From an uncultured Chloroflexia bacterium (GTDB lineage: Bacteria > Chloroflexota > Dehalococcoidia > Dehalococcoidales > RBG-16-60-22): DNA of 64,000 bases. Under the pieces are notes generated by a model, which worked only from the letters and a program-made list of their open reading frames with translations, made no database searches and was not told the origin of the DNA. The stretch spans positions 912,387 to 976,386 of the forward strand of contig CAVUAO010000003.1 in NCBI GenBank assembly GCA_963739515.1, given 5' to 3'. Each line of letters opens with the position of its first letter. The first letter of the stretch is position 1. A program made the position numbers and the translations under genes. Below, in pieces: positions 35,746 to 45,657 of the stretch.

Positions 35746-35949
35746 CTCCGTCAGGTGCGTAACGAATTAAACTCAGCTTTGCGCAGGAAAACAAGGATAT
35801 CCTGTGGGATATCTCATTTATAGCACATACGAGATGATTTTTCAAAAGAGCAGCCAAAAGGACAGAATTTACCTGAGAGTCCGTATGACGAAAAACGATT
35901 TTTATGCTAACCTTAAATTAAGGCGACCATCACATCGAGGAGGTGGACC

Positions 35950-36732
35950 ATGCCAAGAGCATTCTGGAAAGGCGTCATCAGCTTCGGACTGGTAGCCATA
36001 CCGGTCAAAATGTACGTGGGGACCGAGACCCAAGTGCTGAATTTTCATCTGCTGCATAAAAGTTGTCTCACCCGGCCCAGACAGGTACTGCACTGCGAGA
36101 GGGACAACGAATACTTCGGGATTAAAGACACGGTGCGGGGCTATGAGGTCGCTAAAGACCAATACGTCGTCCTGAACGAAAAAGATTTCGACAAAGTGCC
36201 GGTCAAGACCACTCACGCCATCGACATTCTCGGCTTCGTCGACGAGAAAGAAATCGACCCGCTTTACTATTACGGCGTCCATTACCTCGAGCCGGAGGAG
36301 GTCGGCGTCAAGCCGTTCAATCTTTTAAAGGAAGCGCTGGTAAAAACGGGACGGGTCGGCATCGGGAAGGTCACTTTCCAGCGGAAGGAACATCTCAGCT
36401 GCCTGAGGCCCCTGGAGGACATTATCCTGCTCCACACGATGCGCTATCAAAACGAGATAATTTCCCGGAAAGAGCTCACCGTCCCGAAAACCAAAGCGGC
36501 CGAAGCCGAGCTCAACATGGCCGTCTCGTTGGTCAAAGCCATGGCCAGGAGCTTTAAGCCGGAAGAGTATAAAGACGAATATCGGGAAGCCCTGAAAAAG
36601 GTCGTGGATGCCAAGGTAAAAGGCGAAAAGATAGTCGCGCCTCCCGCGCCCAAAGCGGAAGTCGGCGACCTCATGGCGGCGCTGCGCGCCAGCATCAATG
36701 CCGCCAAAAAGGAACCGGTCGGTGTGAGGTAA
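35950..36732 (+). CDS. ku: Ku DNA-end-binding protein (NHEJ)
   Basis: MPRAFWKGVISFGLVAIPVKMY canonical bacterial Ku N-terminus. A GGAGG RBS is present. Confidence 0.9.
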   Translation: MPRAFWKGVISFGLVAIPVKMYVGTETQVLNFHLLHKSCLTRPRQVLHCERDNEYFGIKDTVRGYEVAKDQYVVLNEKDFDKVPVKTTHAIDILGFVDEKEIDPLYYYGVHYLEPEEVGVKPFNLLKEALVKTGRVGIGKVTFQRKEHLSCLRPLEDIILLHTMRYQNEIISRKELTVPKTKAAEAELNMAVSLVKAMARSFKPEEYKDEYREALKKVVDAKVKGEKIVAPPAPKAEVGDLMAALRASINAAKKEPVGVR

Positions 36733-36799
36733 GTCACGGCAGGATTTCCGATTTTCAGACTATAATTGCAATCGAGTCTTTAAATTATAGCAATAAATT

Positions 36800-37402
36800 A
36801 TGGGCAGCGAACTCGAAAAGTACCGGGAGAAACGCGATTTCCAGCGCACCCCGGAGCCGCCTCCCGAAAAGGGGGCGAAGCTGGGGCCGCTGACGTTTGT
36901 CGTCCAGAAACACCGCGCGCGGAACCTCCACTATGATTTCCGTCTCGAGCTCGATGGCGTTTTAAAATCCTGGTCGGTGCCCAAGGGACCGTCTTTAAAT
37001 CCCGCAGATAAACACCTGGCCGTCATGGTGGAAGACCATCCGCTGGAATACGCCTCCTTCGAGGGGAATATCCCCAAAGGCGAATACGGCGCGGGTGAAG
37101 TCATCGTCTGGGACAGCGGCACCTATTCTCCCGACGAGGGCGGCCAATTTCTTTTCAGCGACCGGCCCGCCGCCGAAAAACAGATGAGGAGCGGCCTGGA
37201 AAAAGGCAAGCTCTCGTTCTTCCTGAGGGGCCACAAGCTCAGAGGCTCCTGGACGCTGGTGAAAATGCAAAAGAGGCCCAACGACTGGCTCCTGATGAAG
37301 CACCTTGACGATTATGCCAGCCCCGACAGGGACATCCTGGAAGAAGAACAGTCCGTGATTTCGGGTCGCAAGGTGGAAGATGTCCGCGAAAAAGGTGCCT
37401 GA
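36800..37402 (+). CDS. ligD: LigD 3'-phosphoesterase (PE) domain as a stand-alone ORF
   Basis: FVVQKHRARNLHYDFRLELDGVLKSWSVPKGPS signature. Confidence 0.85.
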   Translation: MGSELEKYREKRDFQRTPEPPPEKGAKLGPLTFVVQKHRARNLHYDFRLELDGVLKSWSVPKGPSLNPADKHLAVMVEDHPLEYASFEGNIPKGEYGAGEVIVWDSGTYSPDEGGQFLFSDRPAAEKQMRSGLEKGKLSFFLRGHKLRGSWTLVKMQKRPNDWLLMKHLDDYASPDRDILEEEQSVISGRKVEDVREKGA

Positions 37403-39512
37403 AAAAAAGGCGGTCGCGCCGCTCAACCCTAAAGAAATCGAAGGCGCGCGCGCCGCCGGCTTCCCGGCGACCATATCTCCCATGCTAGCCAGCCTGGCCA
37501 AAGGGCCGTTTTCCCATCCCGAGTGGATTTTCGAGCCCAAGCTGGACGGCTACCGCATTATCGCCCTGATACGCGACGGCAAGGTAATACTGCAGTCGCG
37601 CCGGGGCAATAACGTCACCCGGCAATACAACGCGCTGCTGCCCGACCTCGCCCGGCAGCCGGCTTCGGAGCTCATCCTCGATGGCGAGATCATCGCCATG
37701 GACGAAAAGGGGAAGCAATGCTTCCAGTGCCTGCAGAACTATTTGAGGTCGGCGGGCAGGGAAAGCAACAACGCCAGCCAATATCCCCTGGTCTATTACG
37801 TTTTCGATATCTTATACCTGGACGGCTATGACCTGCGCGGCGCGGCATTGAAATCCCGCAAAGCGCTGCTGAGCGCCATCCTGAGACCGGGCAGTCAGGT
37901 AAGGCTGATCGACTATTTTGAAAAGGACGGCGAGACCGTCTATAAAGGTGCCGTGTGGAGCGGCTTGGAAGGGGTGGTCGCCAAAAAATTCGATAGCATC
38001 TACCAGTCGGGGAAGCGTTCTCTCGACTGGCTTAAAGTCAAAGCCATGCTCAGCGATGAGTTCGTCATCGGGGGGTATAGCACGGCGGCCGGCGGCCGGG
38101 CGGCGACTTTCAGCTCTCTTTTGCTCGGCTATTACGACGAGGGCAAACTCGTCTATGCCGGGCATGTCGGCACCGGGTTCGACGAGAAATCTTTGACCGA
38201 GTTAAAAAAGAAGCTGGACGCTTTGCGCACCGGGCGCAGCCCATTCGCCGAAGCGCCGCGCTCCAATGTCCCCACCACCTGGGTCAAGCCGGAACTGGTC
38301 GCCGAGGTCAAGTTCTCCGAATGGACGGGTGACGGCCGGCTCCGCATTCCCGTGTTCCTGCGGCTGCGGGAGGACAAAGCGCCGGGTGAAATACACCGGA
38401 CGAAGGCGGTTGCCATGAAGACAACATCAAAGGAGGTGGCGAAAGTTAACGTCCCTGACGACCCGCCTCCACCGACTAAAAACAGTATGGCCGATGGTGT
38501 TCTCAAGCAGTTGCAGAACCCGGAAAATTCTTTCGATATCGAGGTCGAAGGCAGCCGGGTAAGCGTGGGCCATCTGGACAAGGTACTCTGGCCGGCCCGG
38601 GGCGGGCGGGCGGGTCTAACCAAGCGCGATTTGCTCACGTACTTGGCGAGGGTATCGCCGTACTTTCTGCCGCAGATGAAAGACCGCCCGATAACGCTCA
38701 GCCGGTATCCTGATGGCATCAAGGGGGAACATTTCTGGCAGAGGCACTGGGAATACGCCGCGCCCGACTTCGTCAAACAGGTGAAAATCAAGGAGGAGAA
38801 AGGTTCGCGGGGCGAATATCTTCTCTGCGATAATCTCGCCACGCTCATCTGGCTGGGACAGGAGGCGAACCTCGAGTTTCATACCTGGTTTTCCCGGATA
38901 AACGCGGCGCCGGATATGGCGAAAGGTAAAAGCACGGACGAAATTCTCGACTACCCCGACTTCATTATCTTCGACCTCGACCCCTATATTTATTCCGGGA
39001 AGGAAGCCAAAGGCGAAGAGCCCGAGCTGAACCGCAAGGGGTTCGACAAGACCAGCGAGGTGGCGCTGCGACTCAAAGAAATATTCGATGGGTTGGACCT
39101 CAAAGCTTTCGTGAAGACCACCGGCAAGACGGGCATTCACATCTATGTCCCCATCAAGCGCCGGCTGGACTATAAAGCGGTGCGCTCGGCCGCCAAGACC
39201 ATCGGCGAATACCTCGTGCAAAAGTATCCCAAAGAGATAACCACGGAGTGGGCGCAGGAAAAACGCAAAGGAAAAATATTTATCGATTACAACCAGAACG
39301 TCCGCAGCAAGACGCTGGCCTGCGTTTATTCCCCCCGCCCCAACCCGGATGCCGCCGTATCCGCGCCGCTGCGGTGGGAAGAGCTGGGCAAGGTATATCC
39401 TACCGATTTCACCATGGTCACGCTGCCGGAAAGACTTAAAAAGACCGGCGACCTGTGGGCGGACATTCTTGCCGCCAAGCGCGACCTGAGCAAGCTGTCC
39501 GGATTAGCGTAA
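37380..39512 (+). CDS. ligD: LigD ATP-dependent DNA ligase plus polymerase/primase domains
   Basis: SPMLASL...FEPKLDGYR (adenylation Lys). The C-terminal Pol domain has LDKVLWP...TKRDLLTYL...DRPITLSRYPDGI. It overlaps the PE ORF by 23 nt in another frame. Confidence 0.85.
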   Translation: MSAKKVPEKKAVAPLNPKEIEGARAAGFPATISPMLASLAKGPFSHPEWIFEPKLDGYRIIALIRDGKVILQSRRGNNVTRQYNALLPDLARQPASELILDGEIIAMDEKGKQCFQCLQNYLRSAGRESNNASQYPLVYYVFDILYLDGYDLRGAALKSRKALLSAILRPGSQVRLIDYFEKDGETVYKGAVWSGLEGVVAKKFDSIYQSGKRSLDWLKVKAMLSDEFVIGGYSTAAGGRAATFSSLLLGYYDEGKLVYAGHVGTGFDEKSLTELKKKLDALRTGRSPFAEAPRSNVPTTWVKPELVAEVKFSEWTGDGRLRIPVFLRLREDKAPGEIHRTKAVAMKTTSKEVAKVNVPDDPPPPTKNSMADGVLKQLQNPENSFDIEVEGSRVSVGHLDKVLWPARGGRAGLTKRDLLTYLARVSPYFLPQMKDRPITLSRYPDGIKGEHFWQRHWEYAAPDFVKQVKIKEEKGSRGEYLLCDNLATLIWLGQEANLEFHTWFSRINAAPDMAKGKSTDEILDYPDFIIFDLDPYIYSGKEAKGEEPELNRKGFDKTSEVALRLKEIFDGLDLKAFVKTTGKTGIHIYVPIKRRLDYKAVRSAAKTIGEYLVQKYPKEITTEWAQEKRKGKIFIDYNQNVRSKTLACVYSPRPNPDAAVSAPLRWEELGKVYPTDFTMVTLPERLKKTGDLWADILAAKRDLSKLSGLA

Positions 39513-39618
39513 ATTCGTCTTTCCATCCCTTTGATATACCCTAACTTGACACAGGTACAAGGGTATTGTAAATTCTCTATGTCGACCGATTAATCATAAA
39601 AAAATACAGGAGGAATAC

Positions 39619-40386
39619 ATGGCACCAGCACTAAAAGGCAAGGTAGCGATAATTACCGGGGCCAGCCGTGGGCTGGGTAAAGCTTTCGCCTTAAAATTCG
39701 CCGAGGAAGGGGCCAGGCTCTTTTTAACGACCACCGACCTGGAAAGGGCGCAGAGCACCGTCAAAGAGGTAAAAGCAAAAGGCGCGGAGGTCGGGATTGT
39801 CCAGGCGGATATCTCCGTAGAAAAGGATTGCCAGAAAATCGCCGACGAGGCGATGAAAAAGTTCGGCAAGGTGGACATCCTGGTCAATAACGCCGCCATC
39901 TGGTACGGCCTCAATATTACCCCCTGGGACCAGTTGAAGGTCGAAGACTGGGAGCGGATTTACCGGGTGAACGTCATCGGCACGTGGCAGGTCTGTAAAG
40001 CCATCGCGCCGCTGATGGTCAAAGCCGGCAAAGGCAAGATTGTCAATATCGCTTCCAACGTGGCGCAGGTCCCGGCGGCGATGTTTTATCTGCCATATGC
40101 CTGCAGCAAGGGTGCGCTTTACACGTTCACCCATGCCCTGGCCCGGGCCCTGGCGGCCAACGGCATCAACGTCAACGCCATCGCCCCCGGATTTACCGCC
40201 TCCGAGGCGAGCCTTGCCCAGCAGGGCAGCGATAAAACGTTTGAGTTTGCCGTCAGCGGACAGTCCATGAACCGGCGCGGGCAGCCGGCGGACATGGTCG
40301 GCGCCGCGGTGTTCCTGGCTTCAGACGCGTCCGACTTCATTACCGGCCAGGTGTATTACGTCGATGGCGGCACCATCATGCTTTAG
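39619..40386 (+). CDS. short-chain dehydrogenase/reductase (FabG-like)
   Basis: KGKVAIITGASRGLGKAFA, NNAA and YACSK motifs. Confidence 0.85.
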   Translation: MAPALKGKVAIITGASRGLGKAFALKFAEEGARLFLTTTDLERAQSTVKEVKAKGAEVGIVQADISVEKDCQKIADEAMKKFGKVDILVNNAAIWYGLNITPWDQLKVEDWERIYRVNVIGTWQVCKAIAPLMVKAGKGKIVNIASNVAQVPAAMFYLPYACSKGALYTFTHALARALAANGINVNAIAPGFTASEASLAQQGSDKTFEFAVSGQSMNRRGQPADMVGAAVFLASDASDFITGQVYYVDGGTIML

Positions 40387-40408
40387 TCGGAAATCCCGAG
40401 GAAAATAG

Positions 40409-40436
40409 AGAGGGGGGCTTAAGCCCCCCTCTTTTT
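40409..40436. terminator. bidirectional terminator-like perfect palindrome
   Basis: AGAGGGGGGCTT/AAGCCCCCCTCT followed by TTTTT. It lies between convergent genes. Confidence 0.65.
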
Positions 40437-40458
40437 ATGTCTTTTAGTAAAATTCTGT

Positions 40459-41799
40459 TTATTTGTAGACGCCGTATTCCTTGGTGGCATCGATGAAAGT
40501 CTTCACGTTAGCCGGCGGCACGTTTTCGATGGTGGCGCCGCTCATCATGATATAGCCGCCGCCCCTGGCGCAATCGTTGACAAGTTTCTTCACGGCCGTC
40601 TTGACGTCCTCCGTGGTGCCTACCGCCAGCGTGGAAATGGGCATATTCCCACCGATACAGGACACATCGCCGAGGAGCTTCTTGACTCTCACCATATCCG
40701 TAGCGTCGAACCCCCAGAAAATCTTGCCCTTCGGTGAGGTTTTAATGACATCCAGTCGCGAGTTATAGCCGCCTTCCGCCCAGGGGAACGGGATGCAGCC
40801 TTCCGCAATGAGCCCTTCCATGGTGGCCAGTAACGAAGGCCAGTAAAATTTCTTGAACTGCGCGTCGGACATAAAGCCGTCGGCCCCTTTATGCAGAGGG
40901 ATGAACACGACCGGACAGCCGTTCAATTTGGCATTGGAAACGCCCATTTTTACCATTATCGGCGTAAACTGGTCCAGGGCGCGCAGGAGCTTGTTCGGCT
41001 GGCGGTACATATCCAAAATGATACCCCTGGTGCCACGCAGCGTATCGCCAATGGTATCGAAAGGCGCTTTGGTCCCGCCGCCGAAGAAAGCCGGGAAACC
41101 CAGCGAGGTCATTTTCGCGCCGTAAGCGCCTACTGTGCCGATCCACTTTAAAGCCTCGTTGCCGGCTTCCATCATCGCTTTCAATGCTTCCTGTACCGGC
41201 GGCAGACCGAAGGGCACGAAAGCCGCGCCGGTGAAACCGCCGTACATTTCGTTCATATTCGTAAACGGCGAAAGCGCCTGCAGCCCTTCGAGCTTACCCA
41301 TGATACGCGGCAGCCATCGGGTCAAGAAATAGTAGGTAGGGTCATCAATCAGGTCATCGTACTCGTTGGCTTTCATGTATTCGCCCTCTTTAGCCTGGTA
41401 AGAAGCCTCTTTAGCCACGCCGTGGCCGGGCCAGGCGTAAAGTTTGTAATCGATGATATCGTGAAGCCTGCCCGGTGGAGAGATAGTAACGCTGCTATGG
41501 GCATCAGGCTGCAGGTCCAGGATATACTTGGTAAAGGCTTTGTCCAGCTTATCATAGTCGTACATCACGTCGTAAGGGGTATACCCTGAATAGTACGCGG
41601 CGAAGAACCCGAACATCGGGAAAATCGGCACTCTATCCGGCTTCTTCAGGTGCATGGCGTCCAGTATCCTTTGCACCCGGCTCTTATAGGCTTTTTCCGC
41701 CTCGGGGGTGTTATACTTGGCTCCTGGGGGCGAAAGCCACTTGCCGACCAGGTCATCGTTTTTTTCCGCCGGTGTCATTTCTTCCCAAGTCTTTGCCAT
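40459..41799 (-). CDS. uroporphyrinogen-decarboxylase (URO-D) family protein, MtaA/CmuA-like
   Basis: PDRVPIFPMFGFFAAYYSGYTPYDVMYDYDKL plus C-terminal GGYIMMSGATIEN. This is a family-level call only. Confidence 0.55.
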   Translation of the reverse strand: MAKTWEEMTPAEKNDDLVGKWLSPPGAKYNTPEAEKAYKSRVQRILDAMHLKKPDRVPIFPMFGFFAAYYSGYTPYDVMYDYDKLDKAFTKYILDLQPDAHSSVTISPPGRLHDIIDYKLYAWPGHGVAKEASYQAKEGEYMKANEYDDLIDDPTYYFLTRWLPRIMGKLEGLQALSPFTNMNEMYGGFTGAAFVPFGLPPVQEALKAMMEAGNEALKWIGTVGAYGAKMTSLGFPAFFGGGTKAPFDTIGDTLRGTRGIILDMYRQPNKLLRALDQFTPIMVKMGVSNAKLNGCPVVFIPLHKGADGFMSDAQFKKFYWPSLLATMEGLIAEGCIPFPWAEGGYNSRLDVIKTSPKGKIFWGFDATDMVRVKKLLGDVSCIGGNMPISTLAVGTTEDVKTAVKKLVNDCARGGGYIMMSGATIENVPPANVKTFIDATKEYGVYK

Positions 41800-41996
41800 T
41801 GTTTGACCTCCTTACAATATCTCCGTTTTTCTCTTGCAGGGGACGCTGGTATAGTATGTATTTCACCCAATATTAACCATTTGCAGGGAAAAATTCAAGG
41901 TCAGATACGACAAAGGATAAAACTGATAAGGTATTAAAAAGGAACGCCGGCAATTACGTACGGATTCTCAAGTAACCGGCATATTGCATTATAAAG

Positions 41997-42018
41997 TTCT
42001 CTATGATATCATAGAGAA
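41997..42018. promoter_or_regulatory. 22-bp perfect palindrome, candidate LysR operator
   Basis: TTCTCTATGATATCATAGAGAA lies in the divergent intergenic region, 48 nt upstream of the LysR gene. Confidence 0.5.
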
Positions 42019-42065
42019 ACTCTGTTGGGCGGCCGGTATCTTGAGATACCGCCGGGTGCGCGATT

Positions 42066-43001
42066 ATGACGCCGTCAAAGCTGGACCTTCACAGCCTCAT
42101 TGTCTTTTACTACGTCGCCAGCGAGGAGAGCCTCACCTCCGCCGCCGCTAAACTTTTTCTTACACAGCCCACCGTCACTTACCATATACGCTCCCTCGAA
42201 AAGAACATCGGGCTAAAGCTGCTGGATATCAGGAAACAGAAGGTAGTACTGACTAAAGCCGGGGCCGGGCTATTCCGCTACGTAGGAGAAATTTACCAGC
42301 AGGTGACCAGCGCCGAAAAGTTCCTGGAGAACCTTAAAGAGGCGAGCCTGCGCGTGGGTATTGCCACCACCTTCAGCCCCTGCCTGACGTCCGCGGTATG
42401 CGCCTTTGAAAAGCTTTTTCCCCGCGCCAGGCTGGTTATCCGGAGCGGCGCGTCTTTTGAAATCGCCGACGACGTCCTCAATTATAATATCGACCTGGGA
42501 ATCGTCGTCAGCGCGGACTACGATAAATTAAAGCTAAAGTGTATTCCTGTCTCGTCCCGGGAGAAACTGGTGCTGGTGGCTTCACCGTCCAGTCCGGTCG
42601 CCCGCAAGCAGCGCCTGGAGTTCGTGAACCTGTGCGGTTATCCTTTAGTGCTGGGACCGGAGACATCCGCCACGCGGAGGATTATCCTGAGAAAGCTTAT
42701 GACGGGGGGGTGCCACACGCCCACCCCCATTATCGTGGAAGTCAATAGCTGCGAATGGGGCATCCGTCTCGTGGAAAACGGGGAGGGGGTGGGCCTGTAC
42801 CACATCCGGAGCGTGGAAAAATCCATCGCCGAGGGACGACTTAAAGTGTTGCCGATTTCCGACGAGATATTGGTGGGGGCAGATGCCCTGCTCCGTTCCG
42901 ATGCTCCCGAGCACACGATGGCAGAGAGGTTTATTTCGCTGGCTCAAGAGGCATTCGGCGCCCACGGTGAAAAAACGCCGGCGCATATTGCCGACAAGTA
43001 G
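42066..43001 (+). CDS. LysR-family transcriptional regulator
   Basis: LHSLIVFYYVASEESLTSAAAKLFLTQPTVTYHIRSLEKNIGLKLL HTH domain. About 310 aa. Confidence 0.9.
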   Translation: MTPSKLDLHSLIVFYYVASEESLTSAAAKLFLTQPTVTYHIRSLEKNIGLKLLDIRKQKVVLTKAGAGLFRYVGEIYQQVTSAEKFLENLKEASLRVGIATTFSPCLTSAVCAFEKLFPRARLVIRSGASFEIADDVLNYNIDLGIVVSADYDKLKLKCIPVSSREKLVLVASPSSPVARKQRLEFVNLCGYPLVLGPETSATRRIILRKLMTGGCHTPTPIIVEVNSCEWGIRLVENGEGVGLYHIRSVEKSIAEGRLKVLPISDEILVGADALLRSDAPEHTMAERFISLAQEAFGAHGEKTPAHIADK

Positions 43002-43003
43002 AG

Positions 43004-43612
43004 TTACCGCGCCAGCTTCATCGCCTCCTTGATGTCCTCCGCCACCATTTTTCTCTTGGATTTTTCAATGAGGAAGTTCTTGCCCGCCGGCGTATAGGAC
43101 GGCAGGACTCTTTTGTCTCTGGCATAGTAGGGCTGCCCCCTGATTTTGTACGTCGAGCCGGCCGGGACCACCCTCTTGCCCGTCTGTTTCTTCCAGATAT
43201 CGTTCATCATCTTGATGGCAACATCCCCCATGAGCATAAAGACTTTAACACCAGAGAACAGGGTAATTTCCTCTTCCAGGATTTTAGAGCAGTTTTTCAG
43301 GGTCTCCGGCGCAATCGCATATTGAGTTTTGCCGCACTTTATCGCGGTGGTGATGTAGACGCCCAGGTCGAGGATATCCTGCATCGAGCTTACTTCAGCT
43401 CCGGCATCACGGAAAGCCTGGAGGGTGGTCTGTAGATAAAAAGGGTTGCCGGCGGCGTAAAAATAGTCCGGTTTATCGTTCGGCGGGGCTTCCGTGATCA
43501 TCAAGATTTTTATTTTCGCGGCGTCGATTTCCGCGGGCGGCAGCAGATAACTGTTTTTATCGACATCCGCGCAGCGGAAACCCACGCACTTTATTTTATC
43601 GGTGATTTTCAT
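43004..43612 (-). CDS. uracil-DNA-glycosylase-superfamily-like protein (tentative)
   Basis: ILMITEAPP resembles the UDG family 4/5 motif A, and the size and alpha/beta pattern fit. There is no clear motif B His. Confidence 0.4.
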   Translation of the reverse strand: MKITDKIKCVGFRCADVDKNSYLLPPAEIDAAKIKILMITEAPPNDKPDYFYAAGNPFYLQTTLQAFRDAGAEVSSMQDILDLGVYITTAIKCGKTQYAIAPETLKNCSKILEEEITLFSGVKVFMLMGDVAIKMMNDIWKKQTGKRVVPAGSTYKIRGQPYYARDKRVLPSYTPAGKNFLIEKSKRKMVAEDIKEAMKLAR

Positions 43613-43624
43613 TTTTGCTTCACG

Positions 43625-44950
43625 CTATTTTTTATGTTTCGTCGGGTCGGAAAGCTTGCCCGGCCCGAAGGAAGAGTAGTCCAGGTCGTAAAACTGGCGG
43701 CAGGCCGCAAAATATCCCAGATGGCTCCCGCCCATGACCAGCTTGGCTACGGGGGCATCGCGGTAAAACTTCTCATAGTGGTTCTCCCGGATATAGCCGT
43801 AGCAGCCCATGAGCTCCATGCCCTTGAGAATCATTTCGGCGGCGGTGCGGGTAATATAGGAATGGACCGCGTGCCCCTTAGCCACCATGCTGGTGGTCGT
43901 CCAATCGCCGTAGATTTCCGGATGGTCGTACTGGTGCGCCAGTTCCAGGAAAGAACCCCTGGCCAGCGTGATAAACGAGGCTATCTCGCCGATAATCATC
44001 GCCGCATCGAGGTGCTGGTTAATGAGCCTTCCCCCGGCCACCCTCTGCCCCGTGTAGTCAAGGAGCACGTCGAAGGCGCCCTGGAGGATGCCGACCATGT
44101 GGCCCGAGTTAAGGGGAAATGGGGGGGCCGAAGCGGTTTCAAAGATTTTCCAGGCCACGGGGCCGGCCAGTCCCCATGCTTTGGGTACCCTGACGTTGTC
44201 AAAATAGGTCGAGGTGTTCCTGTCAGCCATCATGCCGGCTTTAACCTCGAACTTGCCGTGGGAAACGCCGGGCCAGGGCTCGGGGACGTAAACCAGGGCA
44301 AAAGCGTCTTTGCCCAGCCGGGGGTCCATGTTGCAAATCACGCAGTTGAGGTCGGCCACGCCGGCGTTGGAAGCCCAGAACTTGTTGCCGTTGATGACCC
44401 AATCATCGCCTTCGAGCTTCGCCCTTACCCTGACGGTCTTGCCTTCGTTGGTGAGGTTCTCGATATCGGCGGCGGACTCCGGCTCGCTCATATTAAAGCA
44501 GGCGGCACGGAGCTCATCACCCAGAAACAGGGGCGAAAACTCGTCGAGCACCGCTTTGCCCCAGGCCTTGGCTTCGGGGGTGGGGGCCATAAGGTAAGCC
44601 AGGGTAGCCGGCGTCCAGCCCCAGTCGGTGACGGCGCTGTGCATGCTGATACCGTAATCGCCGCGGCCGATCTGTTCCTGTTTCAGGGCGCCCGAGACGA
44701 TGGAAAGCAGCTCGTTGCCGCCGTATTCTTTCGGTATCATGTTCTTCTGGCAACCGAGGTCCACCTGTAGTTTCTTCAGGATGGGGGTAATGATTTCTTC
44801 ATGCGTGACATCGTCGTCGATTTTATCACGGACGGGAATAATCTCCCTATCGGTAAAGTCCGACATGACCTTTTGCAGCATGCGCTGCTCTTCGTTGACG
44901 AAACACTCCGGGTACTGTAATTTATACCATTGGCTGCTCTGGTCTAACAT
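43625..44950 (-). CDS. acyl-CoA dehydrogenase family protein
   Basis: 441 aa. The overall ACAD pattern is present (N-terminal helical, middle beta with WASNAG-type segment FWASNAGVAD, C-terminal helical). Confidence 0.75.
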   Translation of the reverse strand: MLDQSSQWYKLQYPECFVNEEQRMLQKVMSDFTDREIIPVRDKIDDDVTHEEIITPILKKLQVDLGCQKNMIPKEYGGNELLSIVSGALKQEQIGRGDYGISMHSAVTDWGWTPATLAYLMAPTPEAKAWGKAVLDEFSPLFLGDELRAACFNMSEPESAADIENLTNEGKTVRVRAKLEGDDWVINGNKFWASNAGVADLNCVICNMDPRLGKDAFALVYVPEPWPGVSHGKFEVKAGMMADRNTSTYFDNVRVPKAWGLAGPVAWKIFETASAPPFPLNSGHMVGILQGAFDVLLDYTGQRVAGGRLINQHLDAAMIIGEIASFITLARGSFLELAHQYDHPEIYGDWTTTSMVAKGHAVHSYITRTAAEMILKGMELMGCYGYIRENHYEKFYRDAPVAKLVMGGSHLGYFAACRQFYDLDYSSFGPGKLSDPTKHKK

Positions 44951-45050
44951 TTTGTTGCCCTCCTCTTAATTATTGATACCGGCAGGTCATATGTTCCCAC
45001 ATGATATATTTTTCCCGGCGCTAACGTCAAACCCGCTTGAGTCAAAAGAC

Positions 45051-45079
45051 TTGATTTTACACGTTTTATTCTCTAAAAT
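45051..45079 (+). promoter_or_regulatory. sigma70-type promoter of tRNA-Val
   Basis: TTGATT (45051-45056), 17-nt spacer, TAAAAT (45074-45079). Confidence 0.55.
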
Positions 45080-45098
45080 CTATAGACGGTCAATATCC

Positions 45099-45175
45099 GG
45101 GCGGTTAGCTCAGCTGGTTAGAGCGTCAGTATCACACACTGAAGGCCACAGGTTCGAGTCCTGTACCGCCCACCA
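45099..45175 (+). tRNA. tRNA-Val (anticodon CAC), CCA encoded
   Basis: Manual fold: acceptor GGGCGGT/ACCGCCC, anticodon stem TCAGT/ACTGA with loop ATCACAC, T arm CACAGGTTCGAGTCCTGT. Confidence 0.85.
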
Positions 45176-45288
45176 TATTGTACAGTAGGCAGAACTCCCA
45201 GTCCTTCTTCTTTAGCTCTGTTTTTCCTGCACTAGATATATAATGAGTTTAATAACGCGCTTTGCCCAAGTCATAAAGGAGGTGTGCC

Positions 45289-45657
45289 ATGGTTGACAGC
45301 AGTGGACTTTCGGAAGAGGAAGAATTCCGTGGAGCTCAAATCCAAATCTTAGGCACTAATCCGAGGACTCCAGAGAAAGGAAGAATATTCGTCTGGACCA
45401 AAATGGGTTGGTTCGAGCGTTTGGAGGGACCGTCAAGAAATGTAGCTTTTACTCCTGTAGCCGACTCGGAAGAAGAATTGCGCAAATTGATTTCGCGGGA
45501 TAACCCCCAGGCAGTTTTATATGAACTGGGTGATAAGAATAGAAAAAAGGTCTCTGAGGAATTCATAGAGCAATCCCGATCCTATCCGGATTCTCCTGAA
45601 GATTCGATCGAAGAGCCCGATGAGGATGATCAAGAATACCATCAACACGGCTTATGA
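45289..45657 (+). CDS. acidic hypothetical protein
   Basis: 122-aa ORF with a GGAGG RBS. Its stop overlaps the next start (ATGA). No recognisable motifs. Confidence 0.45.
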   Translation: MVDSSGLSEEEEFRGAQIQILGTNPRTPEKGRIFVWTKMGWFERLEGPSRNVAFTPVADSEEELRKLISRDNPQAVLYELGDKNRKKVSEEFIEQSRSYPDSPEDSIEEPDEDDQEYHQHGL

